Virus record (IMG/VR): IMGVR_UViG_3300048573_000442
Length of the DNA: 64,000 bases
Source: a virus
Direction: 5' to 3' (one strand)
The translations under genes and the position numbers were made by a program. Below, piece by piece: positions 19,522 through 28,401 of the stretch. Position 1 is the first letter of the stretch; every line of letters begins with the position of its first letter. Below the pieces are notes generated by a model. That model was not told the DNA's origin and ran no database searches. It worked only from the letters and a program-made list of their open reading frames with translations.

Positions 19522-20985
19522 TCACTGGTTAACTTTAAGCACCTGTTTCTTTAGTAGGGGATATTGCGCTTCTTTGTAAAAAGTTTCTCGCTCTTTATAA
19601 TGTTTCTTTGCCCACTTTTGCTTTGAGTGAACGTCAACAACATAGACGTAATTTTTGTCATGCCCCTTTCTTAACCCTCGGCCTAAAGATTGAATTGCTT
19701 TAATATAAGATTTGCCAGCATCTACGAGCATGAGGCAAAAAACGCGATCAATTGAAATTCCCGTGCTAGCAATCCCAGAAGACGCAATAACAATCAAATC
19801 ATTACGAGTCGCAAACAGGTCGTAATGTTCCTTGCGAAGGTCAGAAGGCGAATCACCATATAAGAAGACTGCATCTTTAATAAGGGAAGCAAGTTTTTCG
19901 CCGAATTTAATCGAATGCGTAAGAACTAAAGTGTTTCCGTGTTCTGCGCACTTAGAGATAATTAAATCGGCAATCATTTCCATACGTGCTGGAGACTTAG
20001 ACAAGAAAGCTTTTTCACTTGTATAGTCGGGGAAATTCTCATCAACAAAAGTTTCATTTAATTCAATCGGCTGAATCTCGATCTTTGACAGATAATCGTG
20101 CTCAATCAGCCATGCTGCTGGAACTTCAATTAATTTTTCTCCAACTGAACTAGTCAAAGACATTTGGTCAGCTAGGGGTTTAGGAACTGTTCCAGTAACA
20201 CCAAAACGAAAGGCGATGTGTTTCCCGAAATCATTTAGCAATTTTGCAGCTACTGCCGATTTTGCACCGTGGCACTCGTCCCATATAATGGCATTGAACC
20301 TTTGGAGCACCCCAGGATTATTTTGCAAAGATTGCCATGTGGCTACCACATTGGGCTTCTCAATATCTTTTTCATTTCCGCAATAAACCCCAGTTTGTAA
20401 ACTTAACGCTCTGTACCAAGTGGCAGTTTGCTCTACTAAATCGGTAGATGGAACTACGGTGATCACATTATATCCAGCATTCGAATACACGAAAGATAGC
20501 GCAGCCGTGATTGAAGTTTTCCCTGCGCCCGTACCGGCAATACATAGGCCTGATCCAGAATCAACCAACGCCTTGAGACACTGTAGTTGATAAGGCCGAA
20601 GTAAAAACTTTTGACCATTTGGCAAAATGACATCGCCCATGACATCCAATCCTTCAGCCTCTAAGGCTAAACCTGCCTCATCAACTTTAGTAATCTTTCC
20701 GCCGACTTTAGGCTGTTTAAAAGCTTTTCTGTTATCAGTAAGCTCAATGTCATACCCCCATTTGTCAAGGAACACAAAAATCCGCTCAAGTAATCGGACA
20801 TAAGTTTTGCCGGTTTTATCAAAGAATTGTATTTTGCCGTTCCACGAACCCTTTTTGTATGCCGGCATAAAAAAGTATCCGTCGACAAATACGGAAAATT
20901 CTTTTACTAGTGCTTCATTATGTTCGGGTGAGAGCCCGGTTAAATTGCACCATACTTCGTCTCTAATAGTCAAAAAGCATTTCAT
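19522..20985 (-). CDS. uvsW: UvsW-like SF2 DNA helicase
   Basis: LRPYQ, GTGAGKT, DECH, GVTGT, QSLGRGLR. Confidence 0.9.
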   Translation of the reverse strand: MKCFLTIRDEVWCNLTGLSPEHNEALVKEFSVFVDGYFFMPAYKKGSWNGKIQFFDKTGKTYVRLLERIFVFLDKWGYDIELTDNRKAFKQPKVGGKITKVDEAGLALEAEGLDVMGDVILPNGQKFLLRPYQLQCLKALVDSGSGLCIAGTGAGKTSITAALSFVYSNAGYNVITVVPSTDLVEQTATWYRALSLQTGVYCGNEKDIEKPNVVATWQSLQNNPGVLQRFNAIIWDECHGAKSAVAAKLLNDFGKHIAFRFGVTGTVPKPLADQMSLTSSVGEKLIEVPAAWLIEHDYLSKIEIQPIELNETFVDENFPDYTSEKAFLSKSPARMEMIADLIISKCAEHGNTLVLTHSIKFGEKLASLIKDAVFLYGDSPSDLRKEHYDLFATRNDLIVIASSGIASTGISIDRVFCLMLVDAGKSYIKAIQSLGRGLRKGHDKNYVYVVDVHSKQKWAKKHYKERETFYKEAQYPLLKKQVLKVNQ

Positions 20986-21213
20986 TTACATCCACCCCGC
21001 AAATCTAATTGTTCCTTCTGAGGGGATACTATAAAGTGAAATATTTTTAAACTGCCGCTGATGAAGCATGTTCACAAATTCGTCTTTGGTTTTTACTTTT
21101 ACAGTTGACATTGAAACCGTGCGGCCGTCAACAACATCAACAGGACCAACAGCGTCCCTAAATACGGTGAAGCCATTTTCGGCTAAGTGGGTTTTAAGTT
21201 CTTCGATATTCAT
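20986..21213 (-). CDS. Hypothetical protein
   Basis: ATG at 21213 overlaps the uvsY stop (ATGA). Confidence 0.5.
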   Translation of the reverse strand: MNIEELKTHLAENGFTVFRDAVGPVDVVDGRTVSMSTVKVKTKDEFVNMLHQRQFKNISLYSIPSEGTIRFAGWM

Positions 21214-21671
21214 AATATTGCATCCTGCATCTCTGCAATTCGAAGTTTGGTAATGTTTGCTAACATCCACCCAAGCTGTTTCAGCGCCTCAACAATTGAA
21301 AGCATTTTGCTTTTTAATAGGGTAACTTCAATAATGATTTGATTCAATTCGACAATATCTTTCTCTCCCCCAATATATGCCTGAATATCGCGAGTAGATA
21401 AAGATTTTGAATATCCCTCGTTGTATTTCTTCCAAAGCTTTGAAACCCGTTTTTCCTTGACATTATTCAACCATTCCTCAAGACCTTTTAATTCTTGGTA
21501 CTGTTGATCAAATGAAGATTGGTAATGGGGTAAAGTTCTCGCAATTTCCTCAATGCGGCGGTTTTCTAATTTGAAAATCGGTTCAGCTTTTTCAATCGTG
21601 TTCTCATATCTAATAAGAACATCGACGATCTTGTCAAGTTTATCTTCTTCCAAGTGTAGTAAAAAACTCAT
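21210..21671 (-). CDS. uvsY: UvsY-like recombination mediator
   Basis: Helical; DIQAYIGGE and LKQLGWMLANITKLR resemble UvsY; lies between uvsX and uvsW. Confidence 0.7.
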   Translation of the reverse strand: MSFLLHLEEDKLDKIVDVLIRYENTIEKAEPIFKLENRRIEEIARTLPHYQSSFDQQYQELKGLEEWLNNVKEKRVSKLWKKYNEGYSKSLSTRDIQAYIGGEKDIVELNQIIIEVTLLKSKMLSIVEALKQLGWMLANITKLRIAEMQDAIL

Positions 21672-21693
21672 TTTTGTCCTATATTAAATGAAA

Positions 21694-21716
21694 AATGCAG
21701 CAAAAAATGCTGCATT
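21694..21716 (-). terminator. Terminator-like hairpin after uvsX
   Basis: 9-bp stem AATGCAGCA/TGCTGCATT followed by a T run on the minus strand. Confidence 0.5.
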
Positions 21717-21739
21717 CCTTTTTAGTCAATAAGTAGCTA

Positions 21740-23164
21740 TTAATCCTCTAGCTTGCTAATTTCAACGCCTTCTTCAGCATATGATGTTTCATCAGCCATA
21801 AGCTCAAGAACGCTTTTCTCTGATTGAACCACTAGAGGATGGCTCATAATTAATGCGACTAGTTCTTCATCCAGGTTTTTGGTTTGGAACTTCTTTACTT
21901 CTTTACCGGGAAGTTCCAAAGATTTCCAAGCGCCAGAAGACTTTACGACTCCGAGATCTTCCATCATGTCAAGAAATCCGGAATACTTATTCATGCCAGA
22001 TGCGTAAGGCACTTCCACTTCCACTCGAGTTCCGACTTGCGCAAATCGTGATTTATAAGTTTCAACCTTCATGCGAACCCCAATAATATCAGAGCCGTCC
22101 TTTAGTTTTGCGGGGACGATCAACATGATCTGGCTTGCAGAATAGCGAATTGCGTTGTTCACAATCCACAGACCTTGACCATTCATCAAATCAGTGTTTG
22201 GATACACTTGGTGGGTCACTAGGAACGTCATCGGGTTTCGCTTGATACGCGACACAATGGTTCGAAGCATGTGCTTAGACTGCTTAGCTCGTTGACCCTG
22301 ATCGCCTTTCTGAACACCTGCTTGGAAGTGATCATTTTCAGAATCGGTAATTAGCATGTCGATTGAGTCTAATGCAATTACTACTGGCGGACTATCAGGA
22401 TTATCGCGGCCATAGGTTTTTTCGTAAGACGTGACGAATTCAGAAATAACCTTGACAACGTCTGCAAAGGTAGTTACACCTGCATATAGAAAATTATCAG
22501 GATCAACATTGACGCCGATCTTTTTCAGGTAACCAATATCGAGCGCATGTTCTGAATCAAGCATAACAACAAATGCACCCTGTGCTTGCGCATTCTTTAC
22601 AATGTTTGACAGGATGAAACTTTTACCACTATTGTGGGAACTAATACCGGTTCCACCCCAATATCGATGGTTATCATGTGCCACCTCAAAATCCCAAACC
22701 GGCTCATTTCGCCCGGTTTGCTCTACAGCAGCCTGCTGCAATCCACTTGATGTGATTACTTCTAAAGTGGTAACATCTTTTGCGAATACCCAGCCAACAG
22801 AGGTTTCGACAAGGTGGTCATCTGAACAGACCATTTCATGATCGACGGTGTTAACCTTCACAAGGTTTCGCGGGTTTTTCTCAAATACTGTTGGCACATA
22901 CTGTGGGCCATCTGGGGTATCTACCATTAATGTCTTACCGGATTTCGCCGCATCGACAAAATCGCGCATGGTCATTTGCTTCAGATTTGCAAGGACGTGT
23001 GCATCCCATGCAGCCTTCAGCTTATCGGTTCCGACGCTAAATTCGTCATCCGGAGCGGCGAGTAAATCCTCAAAAATAGAATCTGAAATTCCAATTTTTG
23101 ATACCAACTCTTCGCGGGTGTAAAAACTTAAAAGCTCTTTTAAAATCGTATTTTTATTAAACAT
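21740..23164 (-). CDS. uvsX: RecA/UvsX C-terminal part preceded by a 178-aa intein C-fragment
   Basis: AAGGA 5 nt before ATG 23164; CSDDH block B, VWDFEV block F, SHN|SGKS junction; then LDSEHA, ALDSID, GGA-like NNAIRYSAS RecA motifs. Confidence 0.85.
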   Translation of the reverse strand: MFNKNTILKELLSFYTREELVSKIGISDSIFEDLLAAPDDEFSVGTDKLKAAWDAHVLANLKQMTMRDFVDAAKSGKTLMVDTPDGPQYVPTVFEKNPRNLVKVNTVDHEMVCSDDHLVETSVGWVFAKDVTTLEVITSSGLQQAAVEQTGRNEPVWDFEVAHDNHRYWGGTGISSHNSGKSFILSNIVKNAQAQGAFVVMLDSEHALDIGYLKKIGVNVDPDNFLYAGVTTFADVVKVISEFVTSYEKTYGRDNPDSPPVVIALDSIDMLITDSENDHFQAGVQKGDQGQRAKQSKHMLRTIVSRIKRNPMTFLVTHQVYPNTDLMNGQGLWIVNNAIRYSASQIMLIVPAKLKDGSDIIGVRMKVETYKSRFAQVGTRVEVEVPYASGMNKYSGFLDMMEDLGVVKSSGAWKSLELPGKEVKKFQTKNLDEELVALIMSHPLVVQSEKSVLELMADETSYAEEGVEISKLED

Positions 23165-23189
23165 GTTAGTCCTTAAGCGTATTTTGCCA

Positions 23190-23456
23190 TTACTCTTTTT
23201 TAATTTCTGGCGCAAGACCCGGATCAGTCTTAAACACATACGCAGAAATTACTTCATCGGCAGGCAAGCACCCCGAAGGGCCAGCCAGGGCTGTCACTCG
23301 ACCTTGGGGAATGCCTTTAACGAAGGACCCAGAAATAACTTTATTCAGTGCCAAGTTACCAGTTGAATACCAAAATCGGGGTGGAGAGAAATCGGTAACG
23401 ATTGTCTCCATTTTAGAAAGTGATTTTTTGAAATCTTTTAAAAAACTTAAACTCAT
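23190..23456 (-). CDS. uvsX: RecA/UvsX N-terminal 62 aa plus a 26-aa intein N-fragment
   Basis: STGNLALN..ISG...GIPQGRVTALAGPSG then CLPADEV (intein block A), TAA stop. Confidence 0.85.
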   Translation of the reverse strand: MSLSFLKDFKKSLSKMETIVTDFSPPRFWYSTGNLALNKVISGSFVKGIPQGRVTALAGPSGCLPADEVISAYVFKTDPGLAPEIKKE

Positions 23457-23475
23457 ATTTTCTCCAAAAAAATAA

Positions 23476-23508
23476 GGGACCTAAGACTTATCGATCATCT
23501 TAGGTCCC
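23476..23508 (-). terminator. Hairpin between gp32 and uvsX-N
   Basis: 11-bp stem GGGACCTAAGA/TCTTAGGTCCC followed by TTATTTTTTT, immediately before the uvsX RBS. Confidence 0.55.
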
Positions 23509-23518
23509 AAAGAACAAA

Positions 23519-24385
23519 TTACTCTTCTGCTTTGGCCGCTTTTGCGCGAGCGCGAAGCTGTTCTAGAACTGAAGATGATTTGCTTACTACCGGTTCTTCA
23601 GCTTTAGGCTGTTGAGCTTGGGTAGTTTCAGTGCGCTCCGTCTTTGGCTCTTCAGTTTTAGCCGTTTCTTTTTGTTGCTTAGGCGCCGCGCTTGAACCAG
23701 TTTGTTCTGCCAGAAGCAAAGCCTCTACTACAGAGCGTTCAGGTTTAACGCCCACATAATCACGCAGGTTAAACAAGTTGATTTGCTCAATAACATCATC
23801 ATCAAGACTCGTCTGCTTTGGCGAGAAGCTTGAAGTGCTGTAGGACGCATATTGACCAGTTTTGGTCTTCTTGATACGGAAGTTATAGCCGCCGTGGAAT
23901 GCGTAAGGAACTTCCTCTAGATCTCCTGATTGGAATGCAGATTGAATTTGTTTAAACACTGCAGGACCAAAATCAATGAGTTTAACCAGTTGATTCTGAT
24001 CGTGCTCAATTGGTGATTCAACTACGATAACCTGACCGATATAGCTTTTCTTGCGATAATACTTTTTGCCCAAGGTCTCGTTCTTTTCATCATAGAACTT
24101 GCGTGAGAGAGCGCAAATAGGACAATCTTCGTCAAACATGGACAAACATGGAATACGATGAGTTTGGCCATTTACAACCAATTCATGTTCAAGTTTTTCC
24201 ACTAGGAATTGAAGATTATTGTCTTCGTCAAGGTCTGGAAGGAATCGCACAACTGCTTGCGAATCTTCTGGCATTTTCCAGAATGGGTATTTCAATTTCC
24301 ACGTTTGATCGCCACCGTCGCCAGAACCAGTAGCCTTTTTGTCAAATGCACCTTTGAGAGCGTCTAATTTGTTTTTGATTGTCAT
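23519..24385 (-). CDS. T4 gp32-like single-stranded DNA-binding protein
   Basis: AVVRFLP, CL...DCPIC Zn-site-like, YIGQV, GYNFRIK, Y..SSF; flexible tail. Confidence 0.85.
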   Translation of the reverse strand: MTIKNKLDALKGAFDKKATGSGDGGDQTWKLKYPFWKMPEDSQAVVRFLPDLDEDNNLQFLVEKLEHELVVNGQTHRIPCLSMFDEDCPICALSRKFYDEKNETLGKKYYRKKSYIGQVIVVESPIEHDQNQLVKLIDFGPAVFKQIQSAFQSGDLEEVPYAFHGGYNFRIKKTKTGQYASYSTSSFSPKQTSLDDDVIEQINLFNLRDYVGVKPERSVVEALLLAEQTGSSAAPKQQKETAKTEEPKTERTETTQAQQPKAEEPVVSKSSSVLEQLRARAKAAKAEE

Positions 24386-24475
24386 AAAGTTTCCTAAATT
24401 TAAAGTTGTAAAATTTTTTCATCATAAAATAAAGTTGCATCAAACTTTTAAAAATACAGCAAAAAGCTGCAAAGC

Positions 24476-24483
24476 TATTTATA
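24476..24483 (-). promoter_or_regulatory. TATAAATA late promoter-like motif upstream of gp32
   Basis: Perfect consensus about 90 nt upstream of the start. Confidence 0.45.
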
Positions 24484-24608
24484 AACTGGTGTCAGCTTTT
24501 GGGGGAATTTTATGTTCTTCACTACCTATGCATTGCACATAGAGAACATTTGCAGTATCAGGTTCAATTATAACCTGATAAGGTCAATAAGTAATCTTTT
24601 TCTTAGCT

Positions 24609-25097
24609 TCAAAATACATTTACGAGTTGGTCATACTCGTCAATCGTCGGTTCCTGCATTCGCATATACATATCTCTAATAATTTGTTCTGGCACCACTT
24701 TGTCTGGGCGGGACGCTTGGCGATCAATCGCGACTTGCAAGGGAACCATCACGTTCACAGCAACAATTTTAAACCCCTTAGCCTTCGCATCTTGAATCCA
24801 TTTGGCCCTTGACTTTTTAGTCAAGTTGGTATTGTCGACGAATAGATTATCAGCTTTCAAAGCGTGCTGCCAACGCAAATTTACGAAATCGTCAAATTCC
24901 TTTTTATTGTTATTTGCTTTTTCAAATGCAAGGCGGTAAGCAAGTTTTTGTTCGCTTTCAGGATAATCCTTTCCGAGAAATGCCAAGCGGCATTCGTCTA
25001 GCGAAAAAGTCGAAACATTGGGTAGTCCTAGTTTGCTGTTTACAAACGTAGACTTTCCAGATCCAGGGACGCCAATCATAATATAACATGTTTTCAT
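24609..25097 (-). CDS. P-loop (AAA_33 / polynucleotide kinase-like) kinase
   Basis: GVPGSGKS, VDNTNL...R, RQxxR lid, VPEQII. Confidence 0.8.
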   Translation of the reverse strand: MKTCYIMIGVPGSGKSTFVNSKLGLPNVSTFSLDECRLAFLGKDYPESEQKLAYRLAFEKANNNKKEFDDFVNLRWQHALKADNLFVDNTNLTKKSRAKWIQDAKAKGFKIVAVNVMVPLQVAIDRQASRPDKVVPEQIIRDMYMRMQEPTIDEYDQLVNVF

Positions 25098-25342
25098 TTG
25101 GGGCTTTCCTCAAAAATAATCCATTTAGGAATGCAAATGTCCGCGCTTTGTGCTGGAACAATTACCCCATTTTCTACTGCGCACCGTTCAGCAAATTCTT
25201 TTGCTTGTGAAGACATTCTTGCAGCACCATGAATGATAAGAAGCGCAAAACAGATAACCGCTACCGCAATTACTGCGAGAGTGATAATTATACCCTGTTC
25301 AGAAATTGATTCATTTAAATCTTTTTCCATTCTTTCATCCAA
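25094..25342 (-). CDS. Small membrane protein
   Basis: One hydrophobic segment IIITLAVIAVAVICFALLII. Confidence 0.5.
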   Translation of the reverse strand: MDERMEKDLNESISEQGIIITLAVIAVAVICFALLIIHGAARMSSQAKEFAERCAVENGVIVPAQSADICIPKWIIFEESPK

Positions 25343-25911
25343 TCATCAACTGCGGCAAGTTTTAAATGCTGATCATCAGAAATCCGACCATGTTGATCTG
25401 ATAACAGAAAATCCAAATAGGCTTCATGCCCATGTTCTCCAGCTCGAGCAATCAAAGAATCTTTTAAGACTTTCCGCTTGCGAGGGTTCTTCATTGAAAA
25501 CGGTACATGGTGCTCAATAAAAAAGGCAATATTACCTACGTCATTTGCATCAATTTTGAGCAGTTCAGAAATCATTGCAAAGTTTGTCAAAGCGTAATCA
25601 ACCCACATGCGAGCAGAAACAAGTTCGTGTCCATGATACGCCCTATATTCGCCCCGCTCTTCGGAAAACTTAATAATCTGTGATGGCGGTTTACCGATAT
25701 CATGCATCAAGCACGAAATCATTGTCAACATGCGCTGACTATCAGTTCGCGACAAATACAAATTGTCTTTGTACCATTTGAGCAGCATCTCAGTATGAAC
25801 TGAGACATTTTCTTCTCGGTGCCAAGGCGAACCTTCTCGAGTCAACTGCATATTGCGCCAAATATCGGTTTTCTTAAAACGCGATAAAAATTCTTCGAAG
25901 CGATCAATCAT
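25315..25911 (-). CDS. HD-domain phosphohydrolase
   Basis: WHREENVSVHT, MHDIGKP, GHE, HH, SDQHGR. Confidence 0.8.
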   Translation of the reverse strand: MIDRFEEFLSRFKKTDIWRNMQLTREGSPWHREENVSVHTEMLLKWYKDNLYLSRTDSQRMLTMISCLMHDIGKPPSQIIKFSEERGEYRAYHGHELVSARMWVDYALTNFAMISELLKIDANDVGNIAFFIEHHVPFSMKNPRKRKVLKDSLIARAGEHGHEAYLDFLLSDQHGRISDDQHLKLAAVDDWMKEWKKI

Positions 25912-26114
25912 GTATTACAGCCTTTAGTTTGCATTGTGCTTAGATCAATAATTGGCGTAATCGCAGAAATTTTCCCGTTCTCTCCGACTACTGAATTATA
26001 AAGAATCCCATTATAACACGAGTGAAACGTAGAAGGCGTTTCACTTATGATGCGAACAAAAGCAGTAACAAGAAACCAAATCACGAACGCTATCAGGAAT
26101 CGGTTCATGGTCAA
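25908..26114 (-). CDS. Small membrane protein
   Basis: N-terminal hydrophobic helix; overlaps neighbours by 4 nt. Confidence 0.45.
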   Translation of the reverse strand: MTMNRFLIAFVIWFLVTAFVRIISETPSTFHSCYNGILYNSVVGENGKISAITPIIDLSTMQTKGCNT

Positions 26115-26431
26115 TCCATTCTAGATTCGGCGAATGCATTTATGCCATTAGCACGAAGAACTTCTGCAAATGCGTTTGCCCCTGCAAATTTTGCATTCAT
26201 GCTTTGTGTCCCGTTTCCAGACGGGTCATAAACAACAAATCCTCCTTTAAATGCATCAATTTGACCAGCATCAAGTTCTTTTAAATGAGCGACAAATTTT
26301 CCCCGTGCTGGTCGAATACGAACCCAAGCAAATCCACAGGGAAACCATTGTTCTGGATTTTTGTCCAAATAATCAGCGGTTGCAATGCTTGCTGATTTGA
26401 ATGCATCTTTTGCAATTTGTTCAACGTCCAT
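26111..26431 (-). CDS. Hypothetical protein (106 aa)
   Basis: PCGFAWV motif seen in other phage proteins; coupled ORF. Confidence 0.55.
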   Translation of the reverse strand: MDVEQIAKDAFKSASIATADYLDKNPEQWFPCGFAWVRIRPARGKFVAHLKELDAGQIDAFKGGFVVYDPSGNGTQSMNAKFAGANAFAEVLRANGINAFAESRMD

Positions 26432-26439
26432 AATTACTC

Positions 26440-26778
26440 CTAAAAAGAATCATCGCCTGCACAGGCTGCAGTGAAACCTGTAAGAACTCCCTGCAAATAC
26501 GAAATTACGCATTCTGCAGAGCTTCCACTTCCTTCATCTGGTTCACCAGCACTATACGAAATATCGATTATTTGCCATGGTTCATCACCGCCTACATAGA
26601 GATAAACCCAATACACTGGATAAGTGCTAGATTTCTTCCACCATTTTCGTTCCAGTTTAACAACCGCTTCCACGACTTGGAAGTTTTCGCGAGTTAACCC
26701 ACGAACAATTTCTAACAGCGAGTTAATGTGAACATTGCGTGTTGGCTCATTATACAGTTCGCCGTCTATAAATTGCAT
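26440..26778 (-). CDS. Hypothetical protein (112 aa)
   Basis: ORF track, tight packing. Confidence 0.5.
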   Translation of the reverse strand: MQFIDGELYNEPTRNVHINSLLEIVRGLTRENFQVVEAVVKLERKWWKKSSTYPVYWVYLYVGGDEPWQIIDISYSAGEPDEGSGSSAECVISYLQGVLTGFTAACAGDDSF

Positions 26779-26781
26779 GCG

Positions 26782-27018
26782 TTAATTCCAGGTATGCGCC
26801 AATTCAACAAGTTTTTCCGCTTCATCGAGTTCAAAAGATATTTCAAAATATCCTTCAGAAGTCAGTTCGACGCCATATTGCGGTATCTCGATCAAGAGCA
26901 GAGTATCGCCAATCCTTCGTACTTCTCCGCCACCTCCGTCATACCAATTGATATAGCATGTTTCCTCATGCTTGAGTTGCTTTACCTTCTCGATATCTTT
27001 TTCTTTGAGCGTGTTCAT
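26782..27018 (-). CDS. Hypothetical acidic protein (78 aa)
   Basis: AGGAG RBS, tight packing. Confidence 0.5.
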   Translation of the reverse strand: MNTLKEKDIEKVKQLKHEETCYINWYDGGGGEVRRIGDTLLLIEIPQYGVELTSEGYFEISFELDEAEKLVELAHTWN

Positions 27019-27040
27019 TTATTCTCCTAAGTTAAGGGAA

Positions 27041-27457
27041 TTATAACATTATTTCCTCGTAAAAGGCTTCGACAAGAGAAAACATTTCTTCATATGCCTC
27101 GATTTCCCACGGCTGCTCTTCATAAGAATAATGCTCGGCATCTTCACCAAGCCAAATGTGATGCCCGTCAATTATTTGCAGGCGCCCATCTAAAAATTGC
27201 TTAACATGAATAAACTCATGGGCAAGAGCAAGACACAATTCCATTCCGCTAACTTTAGGGTCCACTACTAAAATCGCAGTGTTGTGCTCCGAGAGATAGG
27301 TGGTCCCTGCTAACCCATCGAGTTTAACAGCCGCGGTTGTCATAATCCGCAGCCCTCCCTCTAATGAATGCAGCCCCAACTTTTTAGAAAAGCAATCAGT
27401 CATCTGGGAAATATGTTCCCGCTTCTTGCTTTTCCTAGTTGAAATAGAAATTATCAT
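27041..27457 (-). CDS. Zincin-like metallopeptidase
   Basis: LAHEFIHVKQ (HExxH) and PWEIEAY. Confidence 0.7.
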   Translation of the reverse strand: MIISISTRKSKKREHISQMTDCFSKKLGLHSLEGGLRIMTTAAVKLDGLAGTTYLSEHNTAILVVDPKVSGMELCLALAHEFIHVKQFLDGRLQIIDGHHIWLGEDAEHYSYEEQPWEIEAYEEMFSLVEAFYEEIML

Positions 27458-28401
27458 TTGAATGCGCGATTCTTTTCAAAGTCGCCCATGTCATGCCAAT
27501 CTCGATAGCTATTGATTTTTGAAACATCAACATCTTTAAGGTTCCGATTGATATGTTCATCTGAACCAACGTTAATAAAAATGGCATGTTTACTAGAGCG
27601 TTCAACAAAATTTGGCCAAGCTTTTGCATCATAAGCTGCAGTTGACGGGAATGGCATGGTTTTTGCCGCAGGATGAGCTTTTAGAAAGGGCATCGTAGCA
27701 GACTCAACAACTGCATCTCCGATTTCGCCTTTATGAATATTGCGAGCGACTGCTACACCGAAAGCTTTCGCTTCTGGCCAACCAATCTGTAGAGCACGGG
27801 TCATTGTCCCTGTTGATACTGCACACCAAATTTCAGTGGGATTTAGCCCCAAATCTGTTGAAATATTTTTGCACATGTTGACTAGACCAGCAGTCACAGT
27901 CGCATTGCCAGATAATCCAAATGGAAGAAATTGTGCATTGTTATTTTCTGCCCATTTCTTTGCATAGGAGTTTAACACCGGCATGGCCGCAATACGAACA
28001 AATCGCATATCTACGTGAGGATATGCGAATAACGCCGCTTGATGGTTAGAAACTTCTTTACTAGACGGGCAAAAGAACACTACTTTTTTGTTATAGATCG
28101 CCGCCAGCATTGCGATAGCGTCCATAGCATGCCCCTGCCGAGGGGCACAATAAACAAGAGTATCAAATGGGGATTTTGCAATAACCTGTTCTGCACCAAA
28201 AGCTTTTAAGCCACCAGGGGCAAGGTCGGCACGGAGAACAAAGCGATCATCGCCAAATTTCTCTACAATAGGTTTGTCTACCTTTGTTTTGAAATCCCCC
28301 CACATTTTAAGATAATAATCTCGAGCGCTCTTACGATCCATTCCTTGCGGGATGTCTTTGTTCGTGGCGTCATCTGTAACTGTGAAAACATTTACTCCCA
28401 A
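27454..28401 (-). CDS. PLP-dependent fold-type II enzyme (PALP; D-cysteine desulfhydrase/ACC deaminase-like)
   Basis: LRADL..GGLK (PLP Lys), AVSTGTM phosphate loop, YDAKAW, INVG. Confidence 0.7.
   Translation of the reverse strand: MGVNVFTVTDDATNKDIPQGMDRKSARDYYLKMWGDFKTKVDKPIVEKFGDDRFVLRADLAPGGLKAFGAEQVIAKSPFDTLVYCAPRQGHAMDAIAMLAAIYNKKVVFFCPSSKEVSNHQAALFAYPHVDMRFVRIAAMPVLNSYAKKWAENNNAQFLPFGLSGNATVTAGLVNMCKNISTDLGLNPTEIWCAVSTGTMTRALQIGWPEAKAFGVAVARNIHKGEIGDAVVESATMPFLKAHPAAKTMPFPSTAAYDAKAWPNFVERSSKHAIFINVGSDEHINRNLKDVDVSKINSYRDWHDMGDFEKNRAFK

Noticed and set aside
23190-23192. Stop-codon recoding as the explanation for split uvsX
   Set aside because: The halves are in different frames, and all other genes read cleanly in the standard code
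23165-23239. ORF-track start at 23239 for the 499-aa UvsX C-part
   Set aside because: It overlaps the N-half in another frame without an RBS; ATG 23164 has AAGGA at 5 nt. Kept only as part of the frameshift alternative
24556-24580. Inverted repeat containing TATAAT as a sigma70 promoter for gp32
   Set aside because: TTGACC to TATAAT spacing is only 9 nt; the 9-bp inverted repeat is real but unassigned
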